Source: Spirochaetia bacterium (GTDB lineage: Bacteria > Spirochaetota > Spirochaetia > DSM-2461). Taken from it: DNA of 64,000 nucleotides. The translations under genes were made by a program, and so were the position numbers. The stretch spans positions 1,152,001 to 1,216,000 of the forward strand of contig CAXXIA010000001.1 of assembly GCA_963666985.2 (NCBI GenBank), read 5' to 3'. Below the pieces are notes generated by a model. That model saw nothing but the letters and a program-made list of their open reading frames with translations, did no database searches and had not been told where the DNA came from. Of this stretch, positions 28,332-38,900 are shown piece by piece (position 1 is the stretch's first letter; each line of letters begins with the position of its first letter).

Positions 28332-30953
28332 CTAAGATGCGGCCTCTTTGTTCTTCAGATTAATCTGCGCTATGGTAAGCTTCGCCACGGGGATGCCGTA
28401 GGGAGAACAGCTGACGTAATTTAAACCGGCTTCCATGCAGAAGGCGATATTCTCCGGCTCGGCGCCGTGTTCGCCGCAGAGGCCGCACGTAAGATCCGGT
28501 CTGACGAAGCGTCCTCTTTCCGTGGCCATGCCGACGAGCTCTTTTACCGGCTCCTGAAGATACTGGAACGGATTTTTGTCCAGAAGGTCATACTCGTTGT
28601 AATCGGTGAAGAATGAGTTGAAATCGTCGCGGCTCAGTCCGAGACAAGTCTGAGTCAAATCGTTCGTTCCGAAACTGAAAAAGTCCGCATAGTTGGCGAT
28701 TTTATCCGCAAGGAGGGCCGCCGCCGGCAGCTCGATCATGGTTCCCACGTGATATTCAATCTTTTCCTCGCCGTTCTTTTCGCGGAGTTCTTCTTCTATC
28801 TGCCTGATTCCGACAATTTCAAATCCTTCGATTTTCTTTCCGAAACGAACCGTTTTAACTTCCCTGGGGCTCATGATGATGGGAATCATGATTTCAGGCT
28901 TACAGACGATCCCTTTATCTTTGCGGAGCTTAAAAGCCGCCTCAAAGATGGCTTCAACCTGCATACGATAAATCTCAGGGTATGTGATGGCCACACGAAC
29001 ACCGCGATGACCGAGCATGGGATTCACTTCGCTGGTCATGTCGCAGCGCAGTCTGATTTCGGCTTCGGGTGTTTTCGGATGATCTTTTTTGTAAAACGCG
29101 ATGAAATCATCCATCGTTTCCTTACTGTGCGGAAGGAATTCATGGAGCGGAGCATCAAGCAGACGGATGGTAACGGCTTTATCCTCCATCACCTCGAACA
29201 GTCCGTAGAAATCGCTTGCCTGCATCTTCTTGAGCTTCGTCAGAATCTTTTCGCGCTCATTCCTGTCGGAAGCAATAATGAGAGAACGGAAGGTCTGAAT
29301 ACGCTTTTCGTTGAAGAACATATGCTCGGTTCGGCACAGACCGATTCCGTCGGCAAGAAACTGCTTGGCGAGCTTGGCGTCTTTCGGCTGATCGGCGTTG
29401 GCATGAACATCAAAATCGAAGATCTGATGCTGCACTACTTCCAAGAATTCCAAAAGTCCGCTCTTTTCAATGTCGGGTTCGATCAAATCCAGCTTGCCGA
29501 AATAAATCGTGGGATCTTCATAGGAAGGAACATCCAGGCAGATATAATCACCTTCCGTAATCACCTTGTCACCGATTTTCAAACCTGCCTTGGAGAACAT
29601 GATATTCGGGTTCACCATGGCGACTTTACCCAATGATCGGGCGACAACCGGCGCATGAGAGGCATAACCGCCTTCACGGGTTAAAACGCCTTTGGCAGCC
29701 TCGATGGCCTTCACGTCCTCGGCATACGTTGAGTTCATCGCCAGAATGAAATTCGTCTCCAGTCCTCTTTGACTTGCGATCCGGAACTCCTTCATCAAGC
29801 TTTCGGTATTGAAGAAGACTCGGCCGACGGCGGCGCCCATGGCGCCGGAGATGCCGCCGGTAACGGAAGGAACTTTCGTGGCGGATCGTTTATCGATAAT
29901 GGGATGCAGAATCTCGGAAAGACGTCCGGACTGAACGGTATTGATGACATACGCATCATCAACGACTTTTTTCGAAAGCAAATCCAATAAGGTTCTGATT
30001 TCGGCCTGCGCCGATTTACCGGGAACACTCGATTGATCGATAATCCAGAGCTTTCCGTTCTCGACGTTAAATTTGATATTTCGAATTTCTTTGTAGGATG
30101 TTTCCAGCTGCTTGCCGATTTTCTCCAGTTTTTCCAAATAGGTCTTGCTGATCTTGCGAATCGGCTGCCCCGCGGCTTCCGTGGCATCAAAAGCATTCAG
30201 GAAGAAATCACCCGTTATAACATCTTCACCCGTTATGGAATCGCGCGTGGAATAACTGCCGAAGAAGCAGTCTTTGCCGTAATTCCCGAACGTCATCGCC
30301 TGAACGAGGATGGCCGAATCACTTAAGGTTTCACTGTCGGCAAACAGTTTGCGGAACAGTCCTTTGACGAATTGGAACTGTTCGGTCGCATGAGCAAAAA
30401 TCTCTTCCGGATAGATGGCTTTCACCTTCTCAAGGATTTTCTTGATGGCCGCTGTGGTCTTGGCTTTCTTAATTTCTACAATTGTTTTTTCAAGAAGTCC
30501 CCGCCGCTCTTCGTCGCCGGTCGTTAAGAGCTCCAGTTCCATAATTCGTTGCAGAACTCCGCGATACTCGTGGTAGGCGAAATCCTCGCCGACGAAACCG
30601 GCAAAGCCGTCGATTGTCGTATCGCATAATCCGACATTATGAATGCTGGAGAATGTATGAACCATATTCAGCATGGGACTGACGACCAGCTTAATCAAAA
30701 GCGGATTATCCTTATCCCACATCTTTTCCAGGATTCCGCCCATTTTGTTAAAAGCGTTCTGATAAATTGAATCGTGGGCCTCGGGATCTTCTTCATCCTC
30801 AGCCAGGAATGCTTCGGTTAAAATGAATCCGGGCAGAATGGGGATTCCCAAAGACGCCAGATCCATAAGGTTCCTGCCGCGCATTCCAAAATGCTGGATG
30901 ATATCCTCATCTTTCGTGAATTCGCTGCTGCTAAATGAAAATATTTCTTTCAT
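28332..30953 (-). CDS. PPDK-like PEP-utilising protein with a degenerate ATP-grasp domain
   Basis: PPDK architecture with GGYASHAPVVAR, GIGLCRTEHMFF, NPMLGHRG, TMIE, FSFGTNDLTQ, GLCGEHG; N-terminal catalytic motifs altered. Confidence 0.9.
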   Translation of the reverse strand: MKEIFSFSSSEFTKDEDIIQHFGMRGRNLMDLASLGIPILPGFILTEAFLAEDEEDPEAHDSIYQNAFNKMGGILEKMWDKDNPLLIKLVVSPMLNMVHTFSSIHNVGLCDTTIDGFAGFVGEDFAYHEYRGVLQRIMELELLTTGDEERRGLLEKTIVEIKKAKTTAAIKKILEKVKAIYPEEIFAHATEQFQFVKGLFRKLFADSETLSDSAILVQAMTFGNYGKDCFFGSYSTRDSITGEDVITGDFFLNAFDATEAAGQPIRKISKTYLEKLEKIGKQLETSYKEIRNIKFNVENGKLWIIDQSSVPGKSAQAEIRTLLDLLSKKVVDDAYVINTVQSGRLSEILHPIIDKRSATKVPSVTGGISGAMGAAVGRVFFNTESLMKEFRIASQRGLETNFILAMNSTYAEDVKAIEAAKGVLTREGGYASHAPVVARSLGKVAMVNPNIMFSKAGLKIGDKVITEGDYICLDVPSYEDPTIYFGKLDLIEPDIEKSGLLEFLEVVQHQIFDFDVHANADQPKDAKLAKQFLADGIGLCRTEHMFFNEKRIQTFRSLIIASDRNEREKILTKLKKMQASDFYGLFEVMEDKAVTIRLLDAPLHEFLPHSKETMDDFIAFYKKDHPKTPEAEIRLRCDMTSEVNPMLGHRGVRVAITYPEIYRMQVEAIFEAAFKLRKDKGIVCKPEIMIPIIMSPREVKTVRFGKKIEGFEIVGIRQIEEELREKNGEEKIEYHVGTMIELPAAALLADKIANYADFFSFGTNDLTQTCLGLSRDDFNSFFTDYNEYDLLDKNPFQYLQEPVKELVGMATERGRFVRPDLTCGLCGEHGAEPENIAFCMEAGLNYVSCSPYGIPVAKLTIAQINLKNKEAAS

Positions 30954-31025
30954 GGCTCTCTCCCATGTGGTTACACAGAAAGCGCCCCGACTCAAAGCCG
31001 GGGTTCGGAATAGGCCGCTAGGCCG

Positions 31026-32018
31026 TTAAAAGAGTTGAAGTATCGTACCCGGTGCTCCATGGAGGAACGCCTCAAATCGCTGGCTGGCGCCTTCAAAAAG
31101 ATATTTTCTTAATTTTGAAAGATCCGTTGGGTTATCTCCGGCGACACTGAACATAATCGGGGTACCGTGCTTTACCTTACCCCATTTGAAAAGGGCATTT
31201 ATATCGTTAATCCGTTCACCATCATACCAGATAAGAACATCAAGATGAGGATACTTGAATCGATAGCTTTCAATAATCCTTTTCCAGGCCTCAACATTCC
31301 CGTTATGAAACAATTCGTTCGTAACATTGACGCCGATCTTGGCCGTAAGTTTCTTCGATCCGCCCGTCTGCGGAGGCGGAACGACGCTTTGAGAGGCCGG
31401 AGATTCTTCCGATACGGAAGCACTCTTGACAGGAGGGGCCTGCGGTGCCGGCTTCTCTTCTTCCAAATACCGCTTAAGACGGTCGGATCCCTTGTAGCCG
31501 GCCTTTCCTTTTGTTTTACCGCCGTAGAGCAGCGAAAAAACATCGGCAACGGCGCTTTCCAAAAGATCGGCTTTTACCTCGCCCGGCGATCCGACATAGC
31601 ACACGATGTGCTCATCTTTCGCCAAAGGAAGCGCCGCTTCCCAGGGACCGGGATCTTCCGGATTTAAAAGATGAATTCCGTTATTGGCATCGGTATAAAC
31701 CAATACCACCTGCAGTTTGTTCCAGCCCTCGGCGACCTTGGAGAGTCCGTCCATGGTTTCAACATTCTGTTTCAGATTTTCCGAAGCAAACGCATAGCCG
31801 AATTTTTCGGCCAAGAGAATGTTCACAACCGGACGGATTTGGAATTCCTCAATCTTTTCTTCGTCAAGAGCGGCATTGAGGATGTCGGCCAGATTATATC
31901 CCTCGCCGACATCCCCTGAAAATTCCTGCGCCGTCCGGAAGTGGCGCAAGGCTAAGTTGTATCCGGCCCTGCGGGCCAGTAAATTCAGCTGGTTATTCCG
32001 GATGGACGCAGTCATCAT
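31026..32018 (-). CDS. cfpA-operon protein with a C-terminal HPr-like domain
   Basis: N-terminal domain, Pro/Ser linker, then VNVTNELFHNGN...YDGERIN...KVKHGTPIMFSVAGDN, which resembles HPr. The CDS is secure; the domain call is inferred. Confidence 0.75.
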   Translation of the reverse strand: MMTASIRNNQLNLLARRAGYNLALRHFRTAQEFSGDVGEGYNLADILNAALDEEKIEEFQIRPVVNILLAEKFGYAFASENLKQNVETMDGLSKVAEGWNKLQVVLVYTDANNGIHLLNPEDPGPWEAALPLAKDEHIVCYVGSPGEVKADLLESAVADVFSLLYGGKTKGKAGYKGSDRLKRYLEEEKPAPQAPPVKSASVSEESPASQSVVPPPQTGGSKKLTAKIGVNVTNELFHNGNVEAWKRIIESYRFKYPHLDVLIWYDGERINDINALFKWGKVKHGTPIMFSVAGDNPTDLSKLRKYLFEGASQRFEAFLHGAPGTILQLF

Positions 32019-32024
32019 AAGTCT

Positions 32025-34002
32025 TTACATCTCACTCAATTCATCGAGGTTGACTCTCCGCTTACCGCGGGAGCGAGGAGTTACATCGGCTTTGCCCTTC
32101 GGCTTGGCGGAGTCCGTTTCATTCTTGGACTTGATGGCCTCGGCATACTGATTCTGCACAGGCGCAACGGGCTCTTCGGCCGAGAAGCTCTGATTGATAT
32201 CGCTTCTCACCGTGGAACGGCGGCGCTTGAAGGAGGCGAATGCCGCATCCTGGAATCCCTTGGAAACACCGTTAAGGAACTCATTTAAGACGTTGGCCAT
32301 GGCGTTCAAGACATAGCGCTTGCGCTTAATGCTGGTAATGTCCACGTCCAGAATAAGACCCGGCTGAATATGATAGGGGTTGATGGAGTAATCAAAACTC
32401 TCGAACTGTCTCTCGAGGAAATCGATTCTCTTATCCAATTCAACCCGTATCTTGGGATTCTCATATCCGAAAGTCATGTTGACTTTCTCACGGGCGGCCC
32501 GAATCATCTTCTTCAGCAGATCCTTTTCATAAAGGTAAGTCTGATTCAGCCTCTCGACATCGGTATCGTCGGCTTTGAGTTCAAGAATCTCGTTCCAGAG
32601 TTTCTCCTGCTCTTCATAAATGGGATCGCCGTTCTTCTCCTTCATTTTCTTAACCTTGCCGCTCACTTTGTCGGCCAGGTCGTCGAAATCGTTGACGGCT
32701 CCCCATCCCTTCTTATTGTCCTGATAAACAACCTCGGCGATATCATAGACACGCTGAATTTCCAGAGCGTACTGCTCCATCTGCTTATCGTAGGCCCCGC
32801 GCAAATTCTCAAGCTGACCGTTGTCGTAGAACTTCAGCTTCATCTGATAGCGTTCATCGGGAAGACGTGTCGGATCGACATCCTCGTATTCACGAACAAT
32901 CAGTTCGCGGGCGTTCTTGAGGTTTTCGATGTACTGATAACCCATTTTGGAGGTATCGAGGATGGAGGTAAGATTATTAACCGCCGTATTGAAGCCGCGG
33001 TTCCGGATATTTTCGATGTCGATAATCCTCTTGATATTCTCACGAATATTCTGAGGATCGAATTCCTCCGGATCAATCTCCGCACGCAGACCTTCAATCT
33101 TTTCGACAAGATTCTTGGCCATGAACGTATAGCGCCTGGAATCCTCGTCGTCCTTGTCGTCGTCGGTAAACTCGGGAACCCTCTTGATTCTTTCGAACAT
33201 CAGTTCGGTATCGGACAGTTCCTCTTTGCCCTCATCGACAAGCTGATCCTGATATGCTTCGATTTCACGATCGATCATGTCGGTGATGGTCTTGGAAATC
33301 TGATCCTTGATGATGTTCTCAACGGTGGACTGATACTGAAAAATCGGGCTGATCAGTTCCGAATCGAGGATGTTGATGGACAGCTTCACATCGCTAACCG
33401 TCTTCGGCTTGAACTGATTGTCCTTGAAGGAACACTTAACAACCGAATAAGCGTTCTCTCCGCGGATAAAGGCGCCGACATCGGTTTTCTGCCGAAGCAG
33501 GGAGTTGGTCTCGTTTTCAAGATCGTTCATTCCCCGCTGAACATGTCCCTGAAGGTGGCCGTACATGTTCACGATGGACTTTTCGATTTCACCGGTGTTG
33601 AACTTATCCGCGCCGCCGACCTGATCCAGCAGTTCGGACATTTCCTTGGGTGTGTAGCGGGCAAGGTTCTTCGTCTCTTCCTTGTCGACGAACTGGCGAA
33701 CCTTTTTCACCATTTCGTCTTCAGTCGTGACGATGTACCGGTTGAACATGTTCTGATAGTTCTGGTTGAAGTAGTTGTAAACTTTTTCCTTCAATCCGCC
33801 CATAACTTCGAGTTCACTCAGAACTTCTTGAGGCAGCTTTGTCTGTACTGTGTTTGACGACTTTGTCAGCTTCTTCGTTGATTAGCTGATCGTACTCAGC
33901 TTTTTGATCGCGTCCCTCTTGTGCGAGGGAGTTGCGCGAACCGACGGCCGAAGGTTTCGTCGGGTGAAATACGTTTGGGCTTTTGGGAAGGTCACCAGCC
34001 AT
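32025..34002 (-). CDS. cfpA: Cytoplasmic filament protein CfpA (one frameshift at ~33854)
   Basis: [25 protein letters not shown] and [23 protein letters not shown] match Treponema CfpA as recalled; removing one T at 33853-55 joins the two ORFs into 658 aa. Confidence 0.9.
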
Positions 34003-34068
34003 ATGATTCTCCTTAGATCGATGGTTTGAGCTTCACGGATAACGTAAATCCGCGAGTTGTCTTACGAA

Positions 34069-34096
34069 ATTATATCCCCGCCATACGGTTTGTCAA
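34069..34096 (-). promoter_or_regulatory. Consensus sigma70 promoter for cfpA, TTGACA-N16-TATAAT
   Basis: Perfect hexamers about 65 nt upstream of the cfpA ATG. Confidence 0.8.
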
Positions 34097-34162
34097 AAGA
34101 CAAAGGCTATAAAAAACCGTCCTTTATTCATGAAATGCGGGACATTTAGCATTTTTTTGCCG

Positions 34163-36836
34163 TTACAGCAATTTTTCCGCCGCCATCCTCCTCATTGCTT
34201 GTGCTTTTGATTCCTCCGCAATTTTTTTAAGAACACTGCGAGCTTCACGTTTTTCATCTTCCGTGGAACTCGTATCATCCAATACGGAGAGGGCCTTATC
34301 GAAGGCTCTTTTATCTTCATCAACACCCAGCCGAACCTGCCTTGCCGCCAGGAACCAGATGGTGTCGCCTTTGCGAATCACATAATCTTCACCGCTGGGC
34401 ATTTCCAAATGATTGCCCGGATAAATCCAATCGGGATCGGCGCCGGTGAAGACGCGATAATCAAGATCTTTAAATCCGTTGAGAACGGCTATTTCATTGG
34501 CCGCGAGATGAATGTCGGCCTCCGTGATGCGAACGCCGTCGACCGTCAGATATGTTTCAATTTCCTGAGGAGTTCGAGGGGCTTTGTCGGAATCGACTAT
34601 GGTTGGTTCTTCCGGTTTCGTTATTATCGGTTCATCCTCTTCGTTCCGGTCCTCCCGCCCGGTTGAACTCACCTCTCCTTCCGACCCGCCTTGTTCCGCA
34701 GGTCCGCCTTCTCCGGTCGGATCATCCGGTTTCGTTATTGTCGGGCCATCCTGTTCATCCTGGTCGTCCCGCCCGGCCGAACTTATGTTTCCTTCAGATT
34801 CGCCTTGTTCCGCCGATGGCTGTTCGGCGGCAGATTCATTTTTATTTCCCCGAAGAACGCTTTCCCAAGGAGCGGAACCCGACAAATCCCAAGCGATGAA
34901 TCCGCCGATTAAAAGAAGAAGCAATAAAAGAAGGATCCACAGCCAAGTTCGTTTTTTTTCCGCGCCCGCCGCTCTTTTTTCCGCCTTTTGCGCTTTTTGA
35001 ACCGTGTGCATCCGATGTTGAATCGCGTCCGGAACCTTGCTGATCGGCGGAGGATGAGGAGGAAGAACGACCCGCATGATCGGCCGATGATGAGCCGGAG
35101 GTTTCCGATTCAGCCTCTTTCTTTCGTGTTTTCTCCTCGGCTTTCCGCTCCTCTTCCGGTTTTCTCAGCAAGGCGATCTGCTCTTCGGAGAGCGGTCCTT
35201 CCCCGCCCTCATCAAGACTCCGGATTAAGGCAAGAAGCCGTTCCTCATCCTGTTTCCACGGAGTCTCGTTCAAAGACGCGATTTCATGAATACGATCGTT
35301 GATTTCTTCCGCGGCTTTCACATCCGCCGGAACAAATCCTCTCTTTGCGACTTTCCAGAAGAGACGGGGGCTTGCGCCCAAATACAAATCACCCCAAAGA
35401 GGCAAGACCGGATTCGGACTTCCCATCTTGACCAAAAGCGCGGTGAGAATTTCGCCGATCTGCTGCGCGCATTTCGCCAAAGCATGCCCATCACCGGCTT
35501 TATTCTTCAGAACATCCGCCACGGTTACGGCATTGGCAACGAAGAACCATAAAGGGCTTCCGTTTTTCGGATCGCATCTTTTCGCGGCGTCTTTAACCTG
35601 CTGGACAGTCTGCTTCAGCAGAGGAGCGACCGAGACTTTTTCGGCCGCGATGTCGTCACTCAAGATTTTAAGAACCTTTTCCGTCAGAGTCGCGAGATGA
35701 ACCTCATCCTCTCCGAAATGATTCTTGAGATTCCCGAATATGGAAGAGAGGAATTTCTCAATCAATTGATTCTCGGGGAATTGCCCTCCGATAAAATTGA
35801 TCGGATAACCCCTGGGAGGCGTTACGGAGAAAGAGCCGCTTTCGGAAACAACCGAAAGAGATCCTTCCCGAATACCGACGCTTACACCCTTATCCGTCGG
35901 ACCGCCGAAGGAAATCTCAGGAAGTCCGGCTCTGTGTACCATCCAAACATTCTCTTTACGGCTTATGATGGAATCTCTGAACGTCGCTTTCTTGCGGCCG
36001 GAAACATCCGTTACTTCCAGCGTTGCCGGAACATCGCCCCTTTCGGGAAAAAGCAGACGGAGCTTTCTCAAAAGTTCGGGCTCGGAAGAAAGAACCCGAA
36101 GAGTTTTCTTTCGCTGCCGCATCCGCTTAATAAAACCAATGAACACGGCCGCTTCGTGAGAATCCATGTTCGCACCGGTCAAATCGTAAGCGGAAGATGT
36201 AATGAAGTCGGGATCAACTCCGTCATCCATAAGCTTCGCGACAAATCCGGGGTGCGCGGTGATGGAAAGAAGATCTCCCCCTTCGTACCAAAAACAGTTT
36301 CCATCGGCCAGGACAACTCCCGGTCCGCCGAAGTCCTGCTTGATGTATCGAAGAGGATTCCTTAAAAACTCAGCTTTGGCCTGTTCATAGAGCCGAACGA
36401 AATGGCCGTCGTCCTTTTCCCGTTTATGAAGATCGAAGATAACCTGTTCGTCGTAGCGCAGATGAATATTTCCGCTGGAATAAAACCAGACCATGTGGCG
36501 TTTCTCGCCGTCTTTTACCTTGCGGTAATCGGTCACTTCGTCCGTGGGCAGATCGAAGCTCTTGAAAAAAACGCTTCATGATTCCGACGACTTTCGTATC
36601 GCCGAGATAGAGTCCTTTACATTTGGGAACGTTCAAAATTTCCAGAAGAGGGTTCCCGACATGGTCATCTGTTATAACGGTCGTGGATATGACGTTATGG
36701 ACTTCGTCCGGAATCTCCGCGTATTTCCAATTCGAAGAAAGGGACGAACATCATCTCTTTCCTTACCGAGGTACACGATATAACACTCTCGGCCGATGCG
36801 GAAAATCCGTGATTCGGGAACGATGGGGTCGGACAT
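34163..36836 (-). pseudogene. Membrane protein with C-terminal LysM-like region, split by three apparent frameshifts (~890 aa if repaired)
   Basis: Four overlapping ORF pieces join by single-base fixes at 36717-18 (CC), 36565-71 (A7) and 34952-59 (T8); TM WLWILLLLLLLLIGG; DPDWIYPGN and YVIRKGDTIWFLA motifs. Confidence 0.7.
34601..34828 (-). repeat. Two-copy imperfect tandem repeat, 114-bp period
   Basis: TCCGGTTTCGTTATT at 34611 and 34725; protein EQGESEGNISSAGRDD..ITKPDDPT versus EQGGSEGEVSSTGRED..ITKPEEPT. Confidence 0.85.
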
Positions 36837-36948
36837 GTTCAGTCTTCCTCGTTGTTTGATGGGATACGCGAATACCGTATTATTATAGTCTCGGCCGCCG
36901 AGCACACGCAAGCGCGGCATGATTTCAGCCGATACCGTTCGTCAAAAT

Positions 36949-38438
36949 TCATTTATGCCTCGGTAGTACAAAAGGCTGCAGGGGCCAAAGCGGAGGATCT
37001 CCGATATCGCCCTTGGCATCCCGATCAGCCATCCTGATAAGATAAGCGATAAGATCGCGTATCCATCCGATAAGTCCCAGTGCCTCCGATGTCAGTTTAT
37101 CACTATTAATCATTAATTCTTCCACTTCTTTCGAAGCCAGAGACGTTCCGAATAATTTTATCAGACCGGCTCCTTTCACCAATCCCTCTTCTCCGTCGGC
37201 CAAAGGTCCCAAAAAGCGTGCAGGGCGGGATTTGCCGATCCGGAAAGAGAAGCACCGGGAACCGAAGGTGTGCCGAAGATATGATCCGCCCTCACGGGTC
37301 CTGTAATATCGCGCCCCAAAGACAGGGCGACACAGGCGGCCATCCCCTCCAGCAGCGGACCGCAGCCGGCAAGGGCCGTGACAAAAGCGGCGGTCGCGGG
37401 CGGAACGGGCCGCCATCCCTCGACTTCCGGCGTATGAGGCTGATGATCCGATCCGTCAGGAACGGGCGTTTCGTAATAATGATCGACCAAAGCGGTTCGG
37501 AGGGCCCTGTAGCGCTCGGTCAAACGGCCGATAATCACGGCGGTTCGTCTGTACACATCGGGCTTTTTTCCGCCGACTTTCGCATGCTGCGCTCCCGGAG
37601 CCGCCGCGTCGCCCACCGCCCGGTCACACTTCCTGCAGGAAACGCAGGGTGTAAGATAAAGACGATTTTTCAAAGCGAACATCACCATGGAATGTTCCCG
37701 TTCGCTATCCGTAATCACCGTATTCTTGGGATAATCGATTTCCTCGTTCTCATCGCCGATACGGGATCCGATATTCTTCAGAAGATCCTCGGCCGCCGAA
37801 TCCCGTCCGGGCGCTTCGCTTCGTTCCAGAAGATCATGAAGCGCGGCGCCGGCTTCACGGAGCAAATCCTTTTCCAGGGCGGGAGCCGTTCCGGCCAAGG
37901 CCGCCAGCGTTTCGGCCCGTCCGAAAAGAGCCTCCTCGTCGTCGGGTACCGCATGAGCCGCCTCATGGAACAAACCGAAGGCCTCCCAGTCTCGGCCCAG
38001 TCCGACCAGCAGCCTTCCGTGAGCCGCAAGAATCCGGCACTTCAAGTCTTTATCGTCTCCGCAAGAGGCGGCCGCCTCGGCATAGGCCTTCCGCGCGGGA
38101 GCCGTCTGGCGCCGTTCATACCAGCACCGCGCGCCGCCTTCCGATTCAGAAACGGCCAGGATGTTCGCCCGCAAATTCGCGACGTTGAACCAGTGAAGAG
38201 CCGTGAACGCGGGAACGGCCAAAATATCCCTGGCGTGATGCTCCAAAAGATACAGACCGTATTCGAGAATGGAAGAATCGCGAAGCGCGATTCCGGCATC
38301 GGCCATTAAGGCGATCTTTTCAAAAAGTTCATCCGGACGGCCGACGGGAACATCGACGATCCGAGTAAACGCCTCCCGAAATCCGCCTCGATCCATAACG
38401 GACCTTGCGGATTTGAGAGCTTCGGAGAACACACCCAT
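36949..38438 (-). pseudogene. TPR-like helical protein, one apparent frameshift at ~37200 (~496 aa if repaired)
   Basis: Adding one base at 37200-01 extends ...HAFWDLW into ADGEEGLV...PRHK; TPR-like N-terminal half. Confidence 0.6.
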
Positions 38439-38900
38439 ACAAGCCATTATAGCGCGGACGAAGAAAAATGAGCATTTTGAGAACACGGAAGAAAAAAAAG
38501 ATCGAAATCACTCCAACGGGTTGTTGAACGCTCCCTCTTTCGCGCTGAAAAAAAGCTGTTGGAAAGATTTTCTTCGCAGATAGCAGGCAGGACCCGCATC
38601 TTGCCGGCGCCGGACGGCCAAGGATGGCTCTGTGAAACAGAAACAGTTTGGACATCAGCAGAGCCGATGAGGATGAAGCAAAGCGGGCACAGAAAACTTA
38701 AACCGCAGTTTGGTTCCATGAGCATTTCTCATCCCCGCCTAACGCCGTACACCGGCATTGCCGGGAACTTCACTTCGTCGTCATCCACGGCCGGTGTATG
38801 TTTCTTAATGCGCCGCGACCCTGTTTACGGTCCATAAGCTCAAAATAAAACAACCGGAAGATGATGGTCATCATCGCTTGGGAATCTGTACAATTGCCGC

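Noticed and set aside
32370..33857. 495-aa + strand ORF
   Set aside because: Antisense shadow of cfpA.
33814..34002. Separate 62-aa gene or programmed frameshift in cfpA
   Set aside because: It is the CfpA N-terminus; there is no slippery heptamer, and four similar indels nearby favour sequence error.
38447..38837. Small ORFs upstream of the VanY-like gene
   Set aside because: No motifs or clear ribosome-binding site; overlapping ORFs on both strands; treated as intergenic.
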